This document shows, piece after piece, positions 9,460-21,100 of a DNA stretch of 64,000 nt. Below the pieces are notes generated by a model. It had not been told where the DNA came from and made no database searches. It saw nothing but the letters and a program-made list of their open reading frames with translations. A program made the translations under genes and the position numbers. This DNA comes from Patescibacteria group bacterium (lineage in GTDB: Bacteria; Patescibacteriota; Microgenomatia; UBA1400; PJMF01), in contig JBMORP010000006.1 in NCBI GenBank assembly GCA_049322655.1, positions 320,410 through 384,409 of the forward strand. Direction: 5' to 3'. Numbering within the stretch: the stretch's first letter is position 1; each line of letters begins with the position of its first letter.

Positions 9460-10683
9460 CTAATCAAAAGAATAATGAATTTTATTGAACTGTTGATTGA
9501 GTTTCACCACCTCGGACTTAACAATCTGACCTCTCATCGCCTTATCCATTAATTCAGCGACTGATTTCATTTCTGCTTCTTTCATTCCTTTTCTGGTTAG
9601 TTCTGCTGTCCCGATTCTAATAAACCATCTTCCTCCAGCCAATTCATAACCTTGAAAATTAGTTGAAATATTATTAGCAATTAGGTTGCGATAAAGTTCT
9701 AGATGATGACCTTTATTATCAATAAAAACATGAGCCTGGTGATTTTCTGAATAACGACCAGTGTTGGCCTTTCTGACATCATAACCAAGTTCAACAAAGG
9801 CCTCAGCAATAGCATTGGCGTTAGCAATTGTCTGTTGGGCGTAAGCCTGACCGAACTCCTTCATTTCAAGAATTGTAGTTGATAAAGCAATTAAATTAGT
9901 CATGTGGGGAGTAGAATACAAACAACCATCAATGATCGCATTGGCCGTAACTGCCAAAGATTTATCTCTGAAAGCAATCATACCTTTGTGAGGACCAGGT
10001 AGTGTTTTATGGGTATTGGCACAAATAATATTAGCCCCTTCAACCAGAGGAGATTGAAATGTTTGACCCATAATCAACCCCATAGTATGACTGGCATCAT
10101 AGATAATAATCACTTCTTCACCTATTGCCTGTCTGATTTCTTGAAGATTGTGTGGATTGAGGTAATACGAAACATCTAGGTAAATGGCTTTAACTTTATG
10201 TTTTTTGACTTTTTCAGCAATTTTTTTAGTATCGAATTTTAAACTAGCCAAATCAAAATCAATAAAAACATGTTGCCTACCGACTTGTTTAATTAACTTT
10301 TCAGTAGCAAAGTGACCACCATCAACTAAAGCAACTGTCATGACTACATCACCAGGCTTGGTGGCAGCCAGAATGGCCGACATCATAGCATGAACACCAG
10401 ACAAAACATTTAAATTAACATCCGCTGCCCGAAGCATTTCTTTAGCTGCCTGTTTTGCTTGATCAACTAATTCCTGCACACCAGCAAATCCCAACGCTGT
10501 AAAGTCACCAAAATCTACAACTTCATTTTTTCCAGCACCCATGTAATAACGTTCACTTATTTTCGAACCTAAAAAACGAGCTGCTGTTTTTGACATTTGA
10601 TTTTCATTAGCAGTCAAATGCAAAAACTCATTGTTTCTAATTTCCTCTTTGCTAATTTGTTGGAGAAGTGGTGCGATATTCAT
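9460..10683 (-). CDS. PLP-dependent serine hydroxymethyltransferase-like / threonine transaldolase-like enzyme
   Basis: LTANEN, YDASH.MGLI.G..FQSPL.EGA, NTHKTLPGPHKG (PLP lysine), IRIGT.E.TR.GM. Confidence 0.8.
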   Translation of the reverse strand: MNIAPLLQQISKEEIRNNEFLHLTANENQMSKTAARFLGSKISERYYMGAGKNEVVDFGDFTALGFAGVQELVDQAKQAAKEMLRAADVNLNVLSGVHAMMSAILAATKPGDVVMTVALVDGGHFATEKLIKQVGRQHVFIDFDLASLKFDTKKIAEKVKKHKVKAIYLDVSYYLNPHNLQEIRQAIGEEVIIIYDASHTMGLIMGQTFQSPLVEGANIICANTHKTLPGPHKGMIAFRDKSLAVTANAIIDGCLYSTPHMTNLIALSTTILEMKEFGQAYAQQTIANANAIAEAFVELGYDVRKANTGRYSENHQAHVFIDNKGHHLELYRNLIANNISTNFQGYELAGGRWFIRIGTAELTRKGMKEAEMKSVAELMDKAMRGQIVKSEVVKLNQQFNKIHYSFD

Positions 10684-10726
10684 GGTTGGAATTATAGCAG
10701 TACCGAAGCTGATTATTTAATTAAAT

Positions 10727-11029
10727 CTAAAGAATAACAATTGAAAACATGAATAAAAAAATTATAAAGACAGCAAAAATTTTGACTGTTTTTGCAAATA
10801 AATTTACTGCTTGCTTTTTCTTTCCCTCAATAAAAAGCATTGATGGTTGATAAAAAAATAAAAATGCCATCACTATTACAGAAATAATTATCATAAATAA
10901 AACTATAGTCTGAGTAAAAAATGCATCTGTTTTGTCCACGAGTCGCACAGAAAAAATATATTGAGTGACAAAATTTATTAAGGTAACAACTGAAGCAAAA
11001 AAAGCATTAATTAAGGGATTTTTTGACAT
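10727..11029 (-). CDS. Small membrane protein (about 3 TMs)
   Basis: Hydrophobic 100-aa ORF with a -10-like TATAAT shortly upstream. Confidence 0.6.
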   Translation of the reverse strand: MSKNPLINAFFASVVTLINFVTQYIFSVRLVDKTDAFFTQTIVLFMIIISVIVMAFLFFYQPSMLFIEGKKKQAVNLFAKTVKIFAVFIIFLFMFSIVIL

Positions 11030-11071
11030 AATTTAAGTATTTTCATTATAACTCATAACCTATTTTAAACT

Positions 11072-12085
11072 TCACTTATTAATATTTGATTTTCTAATCA
11101 TCACCCAATTTGAGCCAAAACTCGGAGCAGGTAAACCATTAAATCTATTTGAGCTTTTTTCAGCTCTTTGTCTAGCTAAGTCCTCTTTGTCAAATCCAAC
11201 CACCTCTAAACCCAACTCCTCTACTTTCTTAAGATCTAGATAAAAATCATCAACTCCAGAACCATACATCACCAATACAGCATGATCTTTTGCATATTTT
11301 TTAAATAGTTCTAGTCTTTCGGAAACTTCATTAGGCCATGGATAACAAACCATTACATCGGCATTTTTTAGACTATCGTTTACTGCTGGACTATTTTCAT
11401 CTTCTGCCAAATGAAACTCATCATTAATTATATTGGTTTCTGCCAATGAAATATTTTTTTCTTTAAGAGATTTAATTCTGGCAGCAGCTGTAGTTGTTAG
11501 TGTTGAGTCTCTCTCAATCATCACTGTATTGAATCCCAACCTTGCTAGTACAATTCCCCAAGATCCATCTCCACCTCCAAGATCAACAGCATTTCTTCCA
11601 AGCATAATCCCTTCTTTCGCAGCCAGTGCAATTATCCCCGTCGAAACCCCAAGAGCATCAGCTCCATCTATGGCAACCCACCTTTTGTCAACTTTTCCAA
11701 CGTTACGCAAATAATTCAATTCATCATGAAAGAAAGATCCTGAAGCAATAATTTCTGCTAAAACACCTTGGCTAATCATTTCTTCAGCCTCAAATCCAGG
11801 AAATATTTCTTGATTTAATTGTTGAGTTGTATTCAATGCCCATCTAGATCTTGGAACTGCAATAAGACGATCAAAAATTTCTGAATAAGATAATCTTAAA
11901 GGAGTAAGAGTTTTTACAAGCTGGTCAATAAGTTTATTTCTTCTATTTATTCTCTCATCAAATGAAATACTCGCTTGGATGTGATCAACTCCAATTTCGG
12001 CTTCAATTTGTTCCCATTCTCTTAATGGATCAAATGTTACAGTTAGTTCTAATTCTTTAACTTGAGTTTTATTACCTTCTAGCAT
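11072..12085 (-). CDS. Class I SAM-dependent methyltransferase-like protein
   Basis: AVDLGGGDG motif I, MIERD, and DVMVCYPWP. Confidence 0.6.
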   Translation of the reverse strand: MLEGNKTQVKELELTVTFDPLREWEQIEAEIGVDHIQASISFDERINRRNKLIDQLVKTLTPLRLSYSEIFDRLIAVPRSRWALNTTQQLNQEIFPGFEAEEMISQGVLAEIIASGSFFHDELNYLRNVGKVDKRWVAIDGADALGVSTGIIALAAKEGIMLGRNAVDLGGGDGSWGIVLARLGFNTVMIERDSTLTTTAAARIKSLKEKNISLAETNIINDEFHLAEDENSPAVNDSLKNADVMVCYPWPNEVSERLELFKKYAKDHAVLVMYGSGVDDFYLDLKKVEELGLEVVGFDKEDLARQRAEKSSNRFNGLPAPSFGSNWVMIRKSNINK

Positions 12086-12276
12086 AGAAACAATATCTCA
12101 GATAAATAAGTAAAAAATCAACTTGAAAATTATTTTTCATTGTTAAGAAACCGATCTATAAACAATTATTAGTAGATTGGTGGAATAGACAAAAATACGG
12201 AAAAATTGTCAATGAATATAAACTATCTGGTGATGTTAGCGTATATGAAGCTACCGTAGAATAAATATGGTAAATG

Positions 12277-12348
12277 CTCCCCCGGTAGGATTCGAACCTA
12301 CGACCTTGAAGTTAACAGCTTCCTGCTCTGCCGCTGAGCTACAGGGGA
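12277..12348 (-). tRNA. tRNA-Asn(GTT)
   Basis: Reverse complement folds as a cloverleaf: TCCCCTG/CGGGGGA acceptor, GAAG-CTGTTAA-CTTC anticodon arm, GGTTCGAATCC T arm. Confidence 0.96.
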
Positions 12349-12373
12349 ATAATAAAGAACCTCAGTATTATAT

Positions 12374-13645
12374 CTATTCTAAGAAGTCTTGCAACTTCTT
12401 TCTGCGACTTGGATGCTTAAGCTTTCTGAGAGCCTTGGCCTCGATTTGACGAATACGCTCACGAGTGACTCCAAACTTCTTACCAACCTCTTCCAAAGTC
12501 ATGGTTTTATTGCCTTGCAAACCAAATCTCATCTTAAGCACTTTAGCTTCACGATCAGATAAAGCACTCAATACTTCCTCAATGTTTTCACGCAACATTT
12601 GTTTACTAGTGGCCTCATACGGAGAGACTTGTTTATCATCAGCAATGAAGTCACCCAAAATACTGTCATCTTCACCATCACCAACTGGAGTTTCCAAAGA
12701 AGTGGTGTTTTGAGAAATCTTCAGGATTTCCCGAACCTTTTCTGGTTCCATCTCCATTTTTTCACCAATTTCTTCTGGAGTAGGTTCACGACCTAGATCT
12801 TGCATCAAGCGGCGAGCGGTTCTCATTAACTTGTTAATGGTTTCGACCATATGTACTGGAATACGAATGGTACGAGCCTGGTCGGCAATGGAGCGAGTAA
12901 TAGCCTGACGAATCCACCAAGTAGCATAAGTTGAAAATTTAAAACCCTTAGTCCAGTCAAATTTCTCGACAGCTCTGATTAAACCTTTGTTTCCTTCTTG
13001 AATTAAATCCAAAAAAGTCATCCCACGACCAATATATTTTTTGGCAATAGACACCACCAATCTTAAGTTGGCATCGATTAATTTTTGTTTGGCTTTATCA
13101 CTGCCAGCTTCGACCTCCTGGGCCAAACGAATTTCTTGTTCACGATTTAACAAAGGAATTCGACCAATTTCCTTAAGATACATTCTGACTGGATCAGCTA
13201 CACCTGTATTTTTCAAACTACTAAGTAGATCTAATTCTTGTTGTAACTCATCGCTATCTTCTTCCTCCTTAGTTTCAGAAACAGCTTCAAACACATCAAT
13301 ATCTGCTTTAACAATATCATCATAAAAATCATCTAATTGCTCCAAATAAAGTTCTGGCTCAACAAATACATCCAAGATCTCTTCTTGGGTGACATAACCT
13401 TGTTTTTTGGCTTTTTTGAATAAAGCCTCTACTTGTTCTTGAGTTTTAGCTGGAAGTTTTTTTTCCTCTTGTTGAGGACGAAAAGTAAATGGCGTGGTGA
13501 CCCCACTATCTTCGGCTAATTCTTCAACTTGCTTGGCTGCTGTTGCTTTGGTCTCTTTAACTATTTTTTTTACTAGTTTTTTGCTAGCTTTAATATCTTT
13601 TTTTGCAGTCTCAGTTGAAGTTTTTTTGGAAGTTTTTGCGGTCAT
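12374..13645 (-). CDS. rpoD: RNA polymerase primary sigma factor
   Basis: [57 protein letters not shown]; likely start MTAK at 13645. Confidence 0.97.
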   Translation of the reverse strand: MTAKTSKKTSTETAKKDIKASKKLVKKIVKETKATAAKQVEELAEDSGVTTPFTFRPQQEEKKLPAKTQEQVEALFKKAKKQGYVTQEEILDVFVEPELYLEQLDDFYDDIVKADIDVFEAVSETKEEEDSDELQQELDLLSSLKNTGVADPVRMYLKEIGRIPLLNREQEIRLAQEVEAGSDKAKQKLIDANLRLVVSIAKKYIGRGMTFLDLIQEGNKGLIRAVEKFDWTKGFKFSTYATWWIRQAITRSIADQARTIRIPVHMVETINKLMRTARRLMQDLGREPTPEEIGEKMEMEPEKVREILKISQNTTSLETPVGDGEDDSILGDFIADDKQVSPYEATSKQMLRENIEEVLSALSDREAKVLKMRFGLQGNKTMTLEEVGKKFGVTRERIRQIEAKALRKLKHPSRRKKLQDFLE

Positions 13646-13706
13646 AAGATGTATAATTATACACACAAAAGTCAAAGAAGCCAGAGTAGGAAAAACTTGA
13701 CAAAAA

Positions 13707-14486
13707 TTACTTGACCAATGGCCAATCCATAGTCGGGGTTAAAATTTTGGCACTATTTTTGCCGACTAACACCATATATTCAAACATCACCGCTCTTGAG
13801 CCATCACGAGTTTTGACCGACCAACCATCTGCATCAACATACAAATCATTGTTTCCAGCAATCACTTGGGCCTCGACACAAACCACCATCCCTTCACGAA
13901 GCTTAGCTCCAGTTCCTGGGTCACCCCAGGCAGGAAGTTGCGGTTCATCATGTAAAGTTTGACCAATCCCATGTCCAACATATTGTTCTGCTACTGTAAA
14001 ACCTTGTTCCACCACTGTTGTTTCCATAAGATAACCAAGATCTCCGGTCATCACTCCGGCTTTAGCAGCTTGTGCAGCTTTCAGCACTGCCTTACGACCA
14101 GTTTTCATCAAGAGCTCATCTGCTGGAGATAAATAGTCACCAATCACTACCGTAAAACAATGATCAGTATTGTAACCATCCTTTTCAATGCCAAAATCAA
14201 CTTTGACTAAATCACCTGTTTGCAAAGGTTTATCCTGAGGAATACCATGCACCACTGTGTCATTAACTGAAATACAAGTAGCATATTGATAGGGATTACG
14301 TGGGCCACCAACTCCTTTAAAATTTGGTCTAGCTCCAGCTTCTTTGGTTAATTTTTCTGCCAAAGCATCAATCTCCAAAGGAGTCACGCCTGCTTTAGTA
14401 AATTGGTGAAGTTGCCACAAAATATCGGTTGATAATTTAGCAATGGCTTGGTATTTTTCAAGCTCTTGTGGTGAAGTTAAAATCAT
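13707..14486 (-). CDS. map: Methionine aminopeptidase type I
   Basis: [28 protein letters not shown] motifs. Confidence 0.95.
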   Translation of the reverse strand: MILTSPQELEKYQAIAKLSTDILWQLHQFTKAGVTPLEIDALAEKLTKEAGARPNFKGVGGPRNPYQYATCISVNDTVVHGIPQDKPLQTGDLVKVDFGIEKDGYNTDHCFTVVIGDYLSPADELLMKTGRKAVLKAAQAAKAGVMTGDLGYLMETTVVEQGFTVAEQYVGHGIGQTLHDEPQLPAWGDPGTGAKLREGMVVCVEAQVIAGNNDLYVDADGWSVKTRDGSRAVMFEYMVLVGKNSAKILTPTMDWPLVK

Positions 14487-14495
14487 AAACTTATT

Positions 14496-15707
14496 TTACA
14501 CTGTAAACATTCCATCACGGTAAATTACTTTGGAAGATCCGTCTTTCATGAAAGCAGTCACCACTCTATCAGTGGTAGAAACCATATCGGTATGTTCAGC
14601 TGAATCGTTGTAGCCCAATTCTTGCCACTCCACATCAGATAACTTACTAGGATCATCCAAGTAGCAATCTCGATAAGCACGCCCAATCGCTACATGAGTA
14701 TTACCAAAAGGGCCTCCGATGTTTTCATCAAATAAAGTCTCGGCCATCACGTGAGTAATTCTAGAAGTTCTTTTATCGGTCAAAGAGAACTCACCCAACT
14801 TATCAGCATTATTACTTTTCAACATTTCTTGCAAAAATTTATCACCTTGTTTGGCTGAGGCTGTTACCACATGGCCTCGCTCAAACTTCATCTCGATCCC
14901 CTTGATAATCTGCCCATAACGATAAAGAGGCTGATTAAACTTAACCCAACCTTCAGTCCCTCGCCAATCTGGAGAAGTAAAGATCTCAAAACTAGGAATA
15001 TTTCTACCCTCACCACCACGCCAACGACGTTTCTCACCGATCCTCACTCGAAGATCTAGATCTTGACCTTTAACAATCACATACTCTATCTGCATATCAT
15101 TCAAAACTTGCTTCACTCTTTCCTGAAATTGGGCAATTTTTTTCCATTCTGCAACTGGATTTTCTTTGTCCAAATAACAAGCTTTGATAATTTGGTTCCA
15201 ATATTCTTTCAAAGTTAGACCGACTTCTTTGGCTTTGGCCTCAACACCCCACAAACCAATTGTCCAAGTGTATTTACCAGCTTGTTCTTTGGCATCCATC
15301 CAGTCTCTCAGAGCTTTTTTGGAATCACGCGCTAAAATAATTTTCTTGGGATCAACGTCAGCCAGTTCTGCTGGTTCAGGATCGGCCAAAATACCCAAAG
15401 TATGATCAATCAAATCAACTTGAACTTTGCTGAATTTTTTAGGAAAAAAAGTTAACTGTTCTTCATTAGCCAGAGTATAAAAATCACGGTCAAAACCAGT
15501 TGGTAAAAACCGCATCATTGGGTGAGCTCCTGCTTTTAAAACTGCATTCTGTAATTCCAAAGCTAAAGCTTTGGCCACATCAGGCACTACTAACCTCACT
15601 ACTTCACCGGCCTTAACTCCTTGACCAGAATTTAGGGCAAAATTAACCAAAACATCGGCATATTTTTTTAAGACCGCTGGTGATAAAAATGGTGGTTTTT
15701 CAAACAT
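14496..15707 (-). CDS. Aminopeptidase, M29 family (AmpS/PepS-like)
   Basis: NIPSFEIFTSP, LGEFSL, LFDENIGG, HVAIGRAY, NDSAEHTD. Confidence 0.92.
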   Translation of the reverse strand: MFEKPPFLSPAVLKKYADVLVNFALNSGQGVKAGEVVRLVVPDVAKALALELQNAVLKAGAHPMMRFLPTGFDRDFYTLANEEQLTFFPKKFSKVQVDLIDHTLGILADPEPAELADVDPKKIILARDSKKALRDWMDAKEQAGKYTWTIGLWGVEAKAKEVGLTLKEYWNQIIKACYLDKENPVAEWKKIAQFQERVKQVLNDMQIEYVIVKGQDLDLRVRIGEKRRWRGGEGRNIPSFEIFTSPDWRGTEGWVKFNQPLYRYGQIIKGIEMKFERGHVVTASAKQGDKFLQEMLKSNNADKLGEFSLTDKRTSRITHVMAETLFDENIGGPFGNTHVAIGRAYRDCYLDDPSKLSDVEWQELGYNDSAEHTDMVSTTDRVVTAFMKDGSSKVIYRDGMFTV

Positions 15708-15807
15708 ATACTTTCCCCAAGTATGTTAAACTATGACGACAAGGATTTTACCACGTCTTGTGACAAAAAAAGTGTAGACAATCTTACAACCAATAGAAGG
15801 GAATTAC

Positions 15808-16422
15808 ATGTCTAACATGCCTGCTGTTTATAAGCCTAGTGCTGATCGAGAAATTGCTCCCGGTATTTATCACACTACTATTGATGGTCTGCTTTATCTT
15901 GAGTACAAAAAATTCCAAGATGATCGAGGTTTCTTTGCTGATATTACTGGCCTGAAAAACCTAGAAAAAGTACTTGGTAAAAAAATGGAGCTCAAACAAA
16001 TTAACTTGGCTTCTTCCAAAACTAATGTTGTCCGAGGATTGCACGCTGAAGGCTGGAATAAATTAGTAACCACTTTTACTGGTAAAGGGTTCTCTGCCTT
16101 AGCAGACATTAGACCCAACTCACCAACTTTTAAAAAAGTTGAGTATTTTCTATTCGACAATGATGAAAACTCTGACAAGGGTACTGCTCTCTATATTCCC
16201 AAAGGAGTGGCTAACTCAGTTTGCGCTATAGAAGGCCCGCTCCTTTACCACTATGTGGTAGATTCTTTTTATGAAGATCGAGATCCCAGTGGCGATAAAG
16301 CCCTATCGATTTTTGATCCAGAATTAAACATTCAATGGCCAATTACTAAAGAACAAATGATTATTTCTCAGAGAGACCGAGACAGCGTTACTCTCAAAGA
16401 GATGTTAGCTCAAAAAACATAG
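15808..16422 (+). CDS. rmlC: dTDP-4-dehydrorhamnose 3,5-epimerase family protein
   Basis: FQDDRGFF, VVRGLH, DIRPNSPTF, DPELNIQWP, IISQRD. Confidence 0.88.
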   Translation: MSNMPAVYKPSADREIAPGIYHTTIDGLLYLEYKKFQDDRGFFADITGLKNLEKVLGKKMELKQINLASSKTNVVRGLHAEGWNKLVTTFTGKGFSALADIRPNSPTFKKVEYFLFDNDENSDKGTALYIPKGVANSVCAIEGPLLYHYVVDSFYEDRDPSGDKALSIFDPELNIQWPITKEQMIISQRDRDSVTLKEMLAQKT

Positions 16423-18079
16423 TTTGTAATTGAGCTATTGCGGAGTGGTCAAAAAAATTTTGATAAAAAACCAGTAAATTTTTCAAATAGAGCTCTTGTC
16501 GAAGTTTATCCTGGTGAGTTACTGCTTGATCAACTAACTTAACTCGTTCTTCAACTCTAGTCTTCATTTTTTCCGAAATTAGCTGCTGCCTCCAAAAATC
16601 ATTAACCAACTTTAAAAACTCATGCCAACTAAATAAAGATTGAAAAATGGCTGGCTGATTTTTTTTAAAACTTAGCTTAATTTTTTGTTGAGCAAAAGTA
16701 TTTTTTTTCACATTTAATAAACTCACCTCGCCAGTTTCATCATAAGCATAAATTGTTGGTGAAAAATCAGGAGTTAAGTTACTAAATTCAATTAGGTAAT
16801 CTTGCTCTGTTGGTTTAGGCACCAGCGTAAAATAAACTGCTGGCTGATCTGTGGTGAGCTGTTCAACAAGTTGCCTTGTTTCTATCTTCTCTTCATTGTT
16901 AGTAAGAATATTTACCTCTGTTAGAGGGTGATGCACTACTACTAAATAACTCAAATCAGTAAAACTAGGTTGAAAAACTCGAAGCGAGTTAATCTGTTGA
17001 TAATCTACAGTTTTTTGCTGACCAACCAATGGATCATTAACCAAAAAGTCATGATTGTCCTGATCAAAACCATAAAACACCACAAAATGACCAGGAACTT
17101 GAGCAACTACCGGTACTCTAGATCGAATTAATAACTCAGCTGCTGTTGGCCAATGTTCTGTAACAACTGAAAACTCTAGCTTGGGCAAAACCGAATCTTG
17201 GGCAGCCAATTGCTTAGTTAATCTTGTTATTGCCCACCAATTCACTAAACCATCAGCGATATAACCATCAGCCTGAATTTTTAACCACTGATTTAGTGAT
17301 TCAGGATCCAAAACCTGACCATTGGGTAAGTAATTAAAACCATGAAAATTGAGAATCATCACTGCTGAAGTTAAAGCACAACCCCAACGACCGATAGTCG
17401 GCTGACTAGACCAACTCTCAGCCTGATCATAAATACTAGCTGACCACAAAGGATCATTCTGAAAAATTTGAGTCACCGGCAAAACAAAAAAGTTGTGATC
17501 CAAAAACTTCAACTCTTTGATTGTTGTTTCAACTGGATAAACACTGCCCGCTGCTAATTTAAAACCCCAACTCCCAACACTAGTCAAAGGATCATAAGTC
17601 CAATCGGCAAAATGAAAAATTTCATAACCATCCAAAAAAATACTTAATAAACCATTTTCTCTAGCAATTTTCAATTGGTAAGCCTGTTGTTGTTGCCAAG
17701 CGAAATTAATTCCCTTGGCCAACATTTCCTGACCAGCTATAAAGCGATTAACCCAAATCGAACCAGTCGCAAAATGGAGTTGATAGTAATTATGCTCATC
17801 AACAAATCCCCAAATAAAATTATGATCGTTGCCTTGTTGGGGAGTAAAACTAAACTGCCAAACAAAATCCTCAGTCACGGGAAAAAACTCACTGTTAGTG
17901 AGCAAAAAGTTTTGCCCAACCGGTTGCTCCATTAAGCCAGTAATAACGCCATCATTTACCTGCCAAATAACGGCTGGATTAAGGTTAATTTCTGTCCACT
18001 GTTCACTGGCAAAAATACTTTTGGCTGAAGCAAAAAAAAGCAACCAACAACAAAAAAATATTTTTACTAACAACTTCAT
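16394..18079 (-). CDS. Secreted C39-like cysteine peptidase with N-terminal beta-sandwich/lectin-like domain
   Basis: Q.DP.W...IGRWGCALTSAVMIL, GHFVV..G and VNDP match the C39-like catalytic pattern; signal peptide. Confidence 0.75.
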   Translation of the reverse strand: MKLLVKIFFCCWLLFFASAKSIFASEQWTEINLNPAVIWQVNDGVITGLMEQPVGQNFLLTNSEFFPVTEDFVWQFSFTPQQGNDHNFIWGFVDEHNYYQLHFATGSIWVNRFIAGQEMLAKGINFAWQQQQAYQLKIARENGLLSIFLDGYEIFHFADWTYDPLTSVGSWGFKLAAGSVYPVETTIKELKFLDHNFFVLPVTQIFQNDPLWSASIYDQAESWSSQPTIGRWGCALTSAVMILNFHGFNYLPNGQVLDPESLNQWLKIQADGYIADGLVNWWAITRLTKQLAAQDSVLPKLEFSVVTEHWPTAAELLIRSRVPVVAQVPGHFVVFYGFDQDNHDFLVNDPLVGQQKTVDYQQINSLRVFQPSFTDLSYLVVVHHPLTEVNILTNNEEKIETRQLVEQLTTDQPAVYFTLVPKPTEQDYLIEFSNLTPDFSPTIYAYDETGEVSLLNVKKNTFAQQKIKLSFKKNQPAIFQSLFSWHEFLKLVNDFWRQQLISEKMKTRVEERVKLVDQAVTHQDKLRQELYLKNLLVFYQNFFDHSAIAQLQTMFFELTSL

Positions 18080-18109
18080 TGAGTGTTAGTAAACACTAGT
18101 AAGCTGACA

Positions 18110-21100
18110 TTACTCAGCTAATTCTTCCTCTTTTTGTTCAACTAACTTAGCTCGTTTACCAGACAATCCTGCCACCAAAACTAGTGATATAAAAGTTAAA
18201 ACTACTATGGTTAAAGATGCCAACGCTATTATCTCTGGTAAATAAACAACTAATAATGAATTATCACCAACTGGAACTTGCCATAAATTAGCCCAATTAT
18301 TTAACCTTAAATGTTGAACTAGTTTTTTATTTTGCCAATCAATTCCCAACCACAAATCATCATAAGTTTGATCAATGCCAACGAAACAAGGTGCCTGTTC
18401 ACATCTATAATCAATCTTAAAAATAGAATCAAGATATTTTTTGTCTTGCTTAGTAGTCAAGTTATTAGTTAACTGACTAAAATCACTATTTTTTAAAGTA
18501 ATTTGAGCTAATCTTTTTAATGGTAATGGTTGAAGTTGAATTTTTTCTAATGCATTCATACTTTCTTTACCAAAAGATCTAGTCTCCCAGTTAATGCTAA
18601 AGATATCTCTAGCATCAGTAGTAACTTGACCTAAAGTAATAAATAAATCAAAAACATTTTTTTGTTCTAAATAATCTTCTGGCAAAATATTACGATTACT
18701 ATAATTAATAAAAAACTTAGTTCCCCGACCTTGGTAATTTCTACCAGCAACTCTCATTACATAAGAATAAGCAGCTGAAACATCTTTAAAAGTATAACCA
18801 TTACAATTTACGGCTCGATCTTTTGCCTGATAAATTACTTTATTATCAGTAATAACTGTTTCAATTTCACCAATTTCTCCAGTTACACAATTAATCGATG
18901 GATTCTTAGTTAGATCAACATTCAACGTGGGAAAAATTGAAATTAACCCCAAGGCTCTTATTTCGTGCGTATCTAAAACAACTTCTTTAGTCAACTCAGA
19001 CCAATTTGGAGTAAAAGTAAATAGTTCAGTTGTATCAAATAATAAACCACTCACCGCTTCAGTTTGATTATAATCAAGTTCTTCAGGCTTAGGGGCGTAT
19101 TCAACCTTAATCTCCTCTCCAACCTCAAACTCAATAATAGGAAAAACAGTTTCACCTTTTTGTACTATCACGCCAAAATCATTAAAGAAAACAACCATTT
19201 CATTGGGTATAGTTTCATCTGATAAGGAAAACTCAAAATTTTCTAATTTTGCTAAATCTATTTGCTGTTTCTCTGTTAATAAAACATAGTGAGGAAAATC
19301 AACTGTCACCTTTCGATCTTGATAGCTAATAGTGGCTGGCAGCAAGTATTGATCGTCAGTCAAAGCAGGGATGGTTAACTGATAATTATCTTGCTTAAAA
19401 TACTTCCATACCTTGGCATTATTTTCCTCAAAAATAACATCTGTTAAACGGTGAGACATTAAATCTGCAAAAGGGTAAACTAAATCTGCTTGATCAGTTA
19501 GCACATAGTCTCCAATTTGTTGATAAATAAAGTCTGTTCTCACTCTTTCGGTATCACCAGTAACAAAACTCAATTTTGCTGGTACCAAAACCTCAGCTTC
19601 TTTATTGGGTGCTTGTCGTTCATAAATTGTTAAAAAATCTTGTTGCCAAACCTGTTTAAAACCAGCCTTAGTTAATAGTTCTTTTGTCTGCTCAAGATCA
19701 TGATCACGACTAGGATCAACTCTAGTTTCGTCAATAATTACTAAATCAACATTATATTTTCTGGTCATTAGTGAAAATTGTTCTGTGTCAGCAGCGTCTA
19801 AAACATGTTTTAGTTCATAGTAAAAGAAATCAGATGTCTCTACCCATCGGTCAGAATCACGATTTAAAAAAGCCTGAGGAAAACCAAAAAAATAAAAACC
19901 CATACCTTGATAACCATTCTCTTCAGCCAAAAATTGCCAATCATAGAGCTCCCAACCAGCGTGAGTAAACTGAGGCAGCTGCAAAATTCTCAAATCTTTA
20001 TCACGAGTTTTTAAATAGTCAAACATAACCCAGTATTGATCTGGGTACTTAATTTGTAATTTTTCACTAATAAAATGTCCTTGAAATGATGGCCAAGCAA
20101 CTACAAAAGGACTAATATAAATAGTAAAAAAAATTAGTACTGCTAAAAATCGAGCAAAAAATTTTAATTTTTGCAGATTAACTAAAAATAAAACAGTTTT
20201 TTCTACTACAGTAATAAATAAAATAACTGACACAAAAGAATAGAGAATGGAAAGTTTGGTGAATGGATTACGAAAAGCTTCTCTAAAAGTTGGAGATTGG
20301 TAAAGTTGGTCTAGTATTCTATTGGTTGGCAATAAATCAATCCAAACGAACACCAAACAAAAAATATAGAACAATAAAACAGCCCAACGTCGCCAACTTT
20401 TATCTTGAGCAAAAATAGTCACCACAAAACCAAACAAAGTAATCACCCCAAGAGTTTTCATTAAATAGATTACAATTGGTTGATTTAAATGATCTTGCCA
20501 TTCATTAAAGATTAATTCATGTTTTTTAGTAGAAAAATTATAATCCTGCCAGGTAAAAAGATAGTGCTTGCCACTAGTTAAATTTTCAATCGTGCCAGCC
20601 TCACGAATACTCCACACTGATTCTGGAGCAAATAATTGGTTGTCTCGACTTTCTTGAACGTAGTGAGCATTGTGAAAACTATAATAAAGATTAGGTAAAA
20701 TCCAATAAGAATTCGCAAAAAAAGTAATTAAACCCACCAAAAAACCATATTGAATAGCTTTAACTATCTTATGTTTTTGTAAGGTAAGAAAAAAAGCATA
20801 AAGCAAAGAAAATATCACAGCTAAATAAAAAACAGTTTGAGTGTGAGCACTAGGAGCAATTAAAAACTGTAATAATAAAAAATAAAGAATAGACTTAGCA
20901 GTAATTTTTTCTAGTAAAAAGTGAATACTTAATAATAGAAACGGTAAAAAAGCAAACTGCACCATAAACATTTCAAAACTGATGTAGAACTGCTGTAAGG
21001 TGAGAATGTGAAGTAAGTAAAAAACAGCTCCTAAACTGGCCAACCATGATTGCCAAAACTTGTTTTTATCATTTAACCAAACACATTTTAGGTAAAAATA

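Noticed and set aside
12267-12449. 60-aa ORF on the + strand
   Set aside because: It is the antisense reading of tRNA-Asn and the end of rpoD.
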